This document shows, in pieces, positions 63,954 through 64,000 of a stretch of DNA of 64,000 bases. Where the stretch lies: assembly GCA_018826905.1 (NCBI GenBank), contig JAHJYC010000003.1:36963-100962 (forward strand). Direction: 5' to 3'. The translations under genes and the position numbers were made by a program. A model generated the notes under the pieces. The model did not search any database. It worked only from the letters and a program-made list of their open reading frames with translations, and was not told where the DNA came from. How positions within the stretch are numbered: the first letter of the stretch is position 1; each line of letters starts with the position of its first letter. The DNA comes from Patescibacteria group bacterium. GTDB taxonomy: Bacteria; Patescibacteriota; Minisyncoccia; Phycocordibacterales; Phycocordibacteraceae.

Positions 63954-64000
63954 ATGCACGAAATTGAGATAAAGGCGGCAGTGCGAAATAAGGAGGGGCT
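63954..64000 (+). CDS. Partial CYTH (class IV adenylate cyclase-like) protein
   Basis: MHEIEIKAAVRNKEG has the N-terminal ExExK motif. Confidence 0.6.
   Translation, partial: MHEIEIKAAVRNKEG

Overview
This is 64 kb of a small-genome bacterium of the Candidate Phyla Radiation (Patescibacteria, Parcubacteria-like). The assignment is inferred from uL30/rpmD being absent between rpsE and rplO, a split ComEC, type IV pilus genes, sparse metabolic genes and the gene style. Housekeeping content: a fragmented str/S10/spc ribosomal cluster (rpsL to secY, then gmk-adk-map), infC-rpmI-rplT, rpmB, nusA, rny, clpP, ppa, HU, tpiA, pgk, recJ, rnhA, sod and ndk. There is also a type IV pilus/competence locus, a lexA-like + Y-family polymerase cassette with a perfect palindromic SOS-like operator, a type II R-M pair and a probable 6S RNA. 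I saw no tRNA, rRNA, CRISPR array, transposase or integrase. The most striking unexplained structure is in translation signals. Core genes are essentially Shine-Dalgarno-free, being either leaderless or led by a mini-hairpin plus a U-rich tract. Against that background, about 11 dispersed stand-alone mini-genes each carry a strong GGAGG SD, most have their own promoter and terminator, and about half have strongly G/C-ending codons. They sit at operon junctions, including inside the ribosomal and pilus operons. They encode small membrane proteins, a lipoprotein, a RecA-N-terminus-like peptide, an acidic peptide missed by the ORF track, and a divergent cold-shock domain. All calls are by eye from the sequence; no database search was run.
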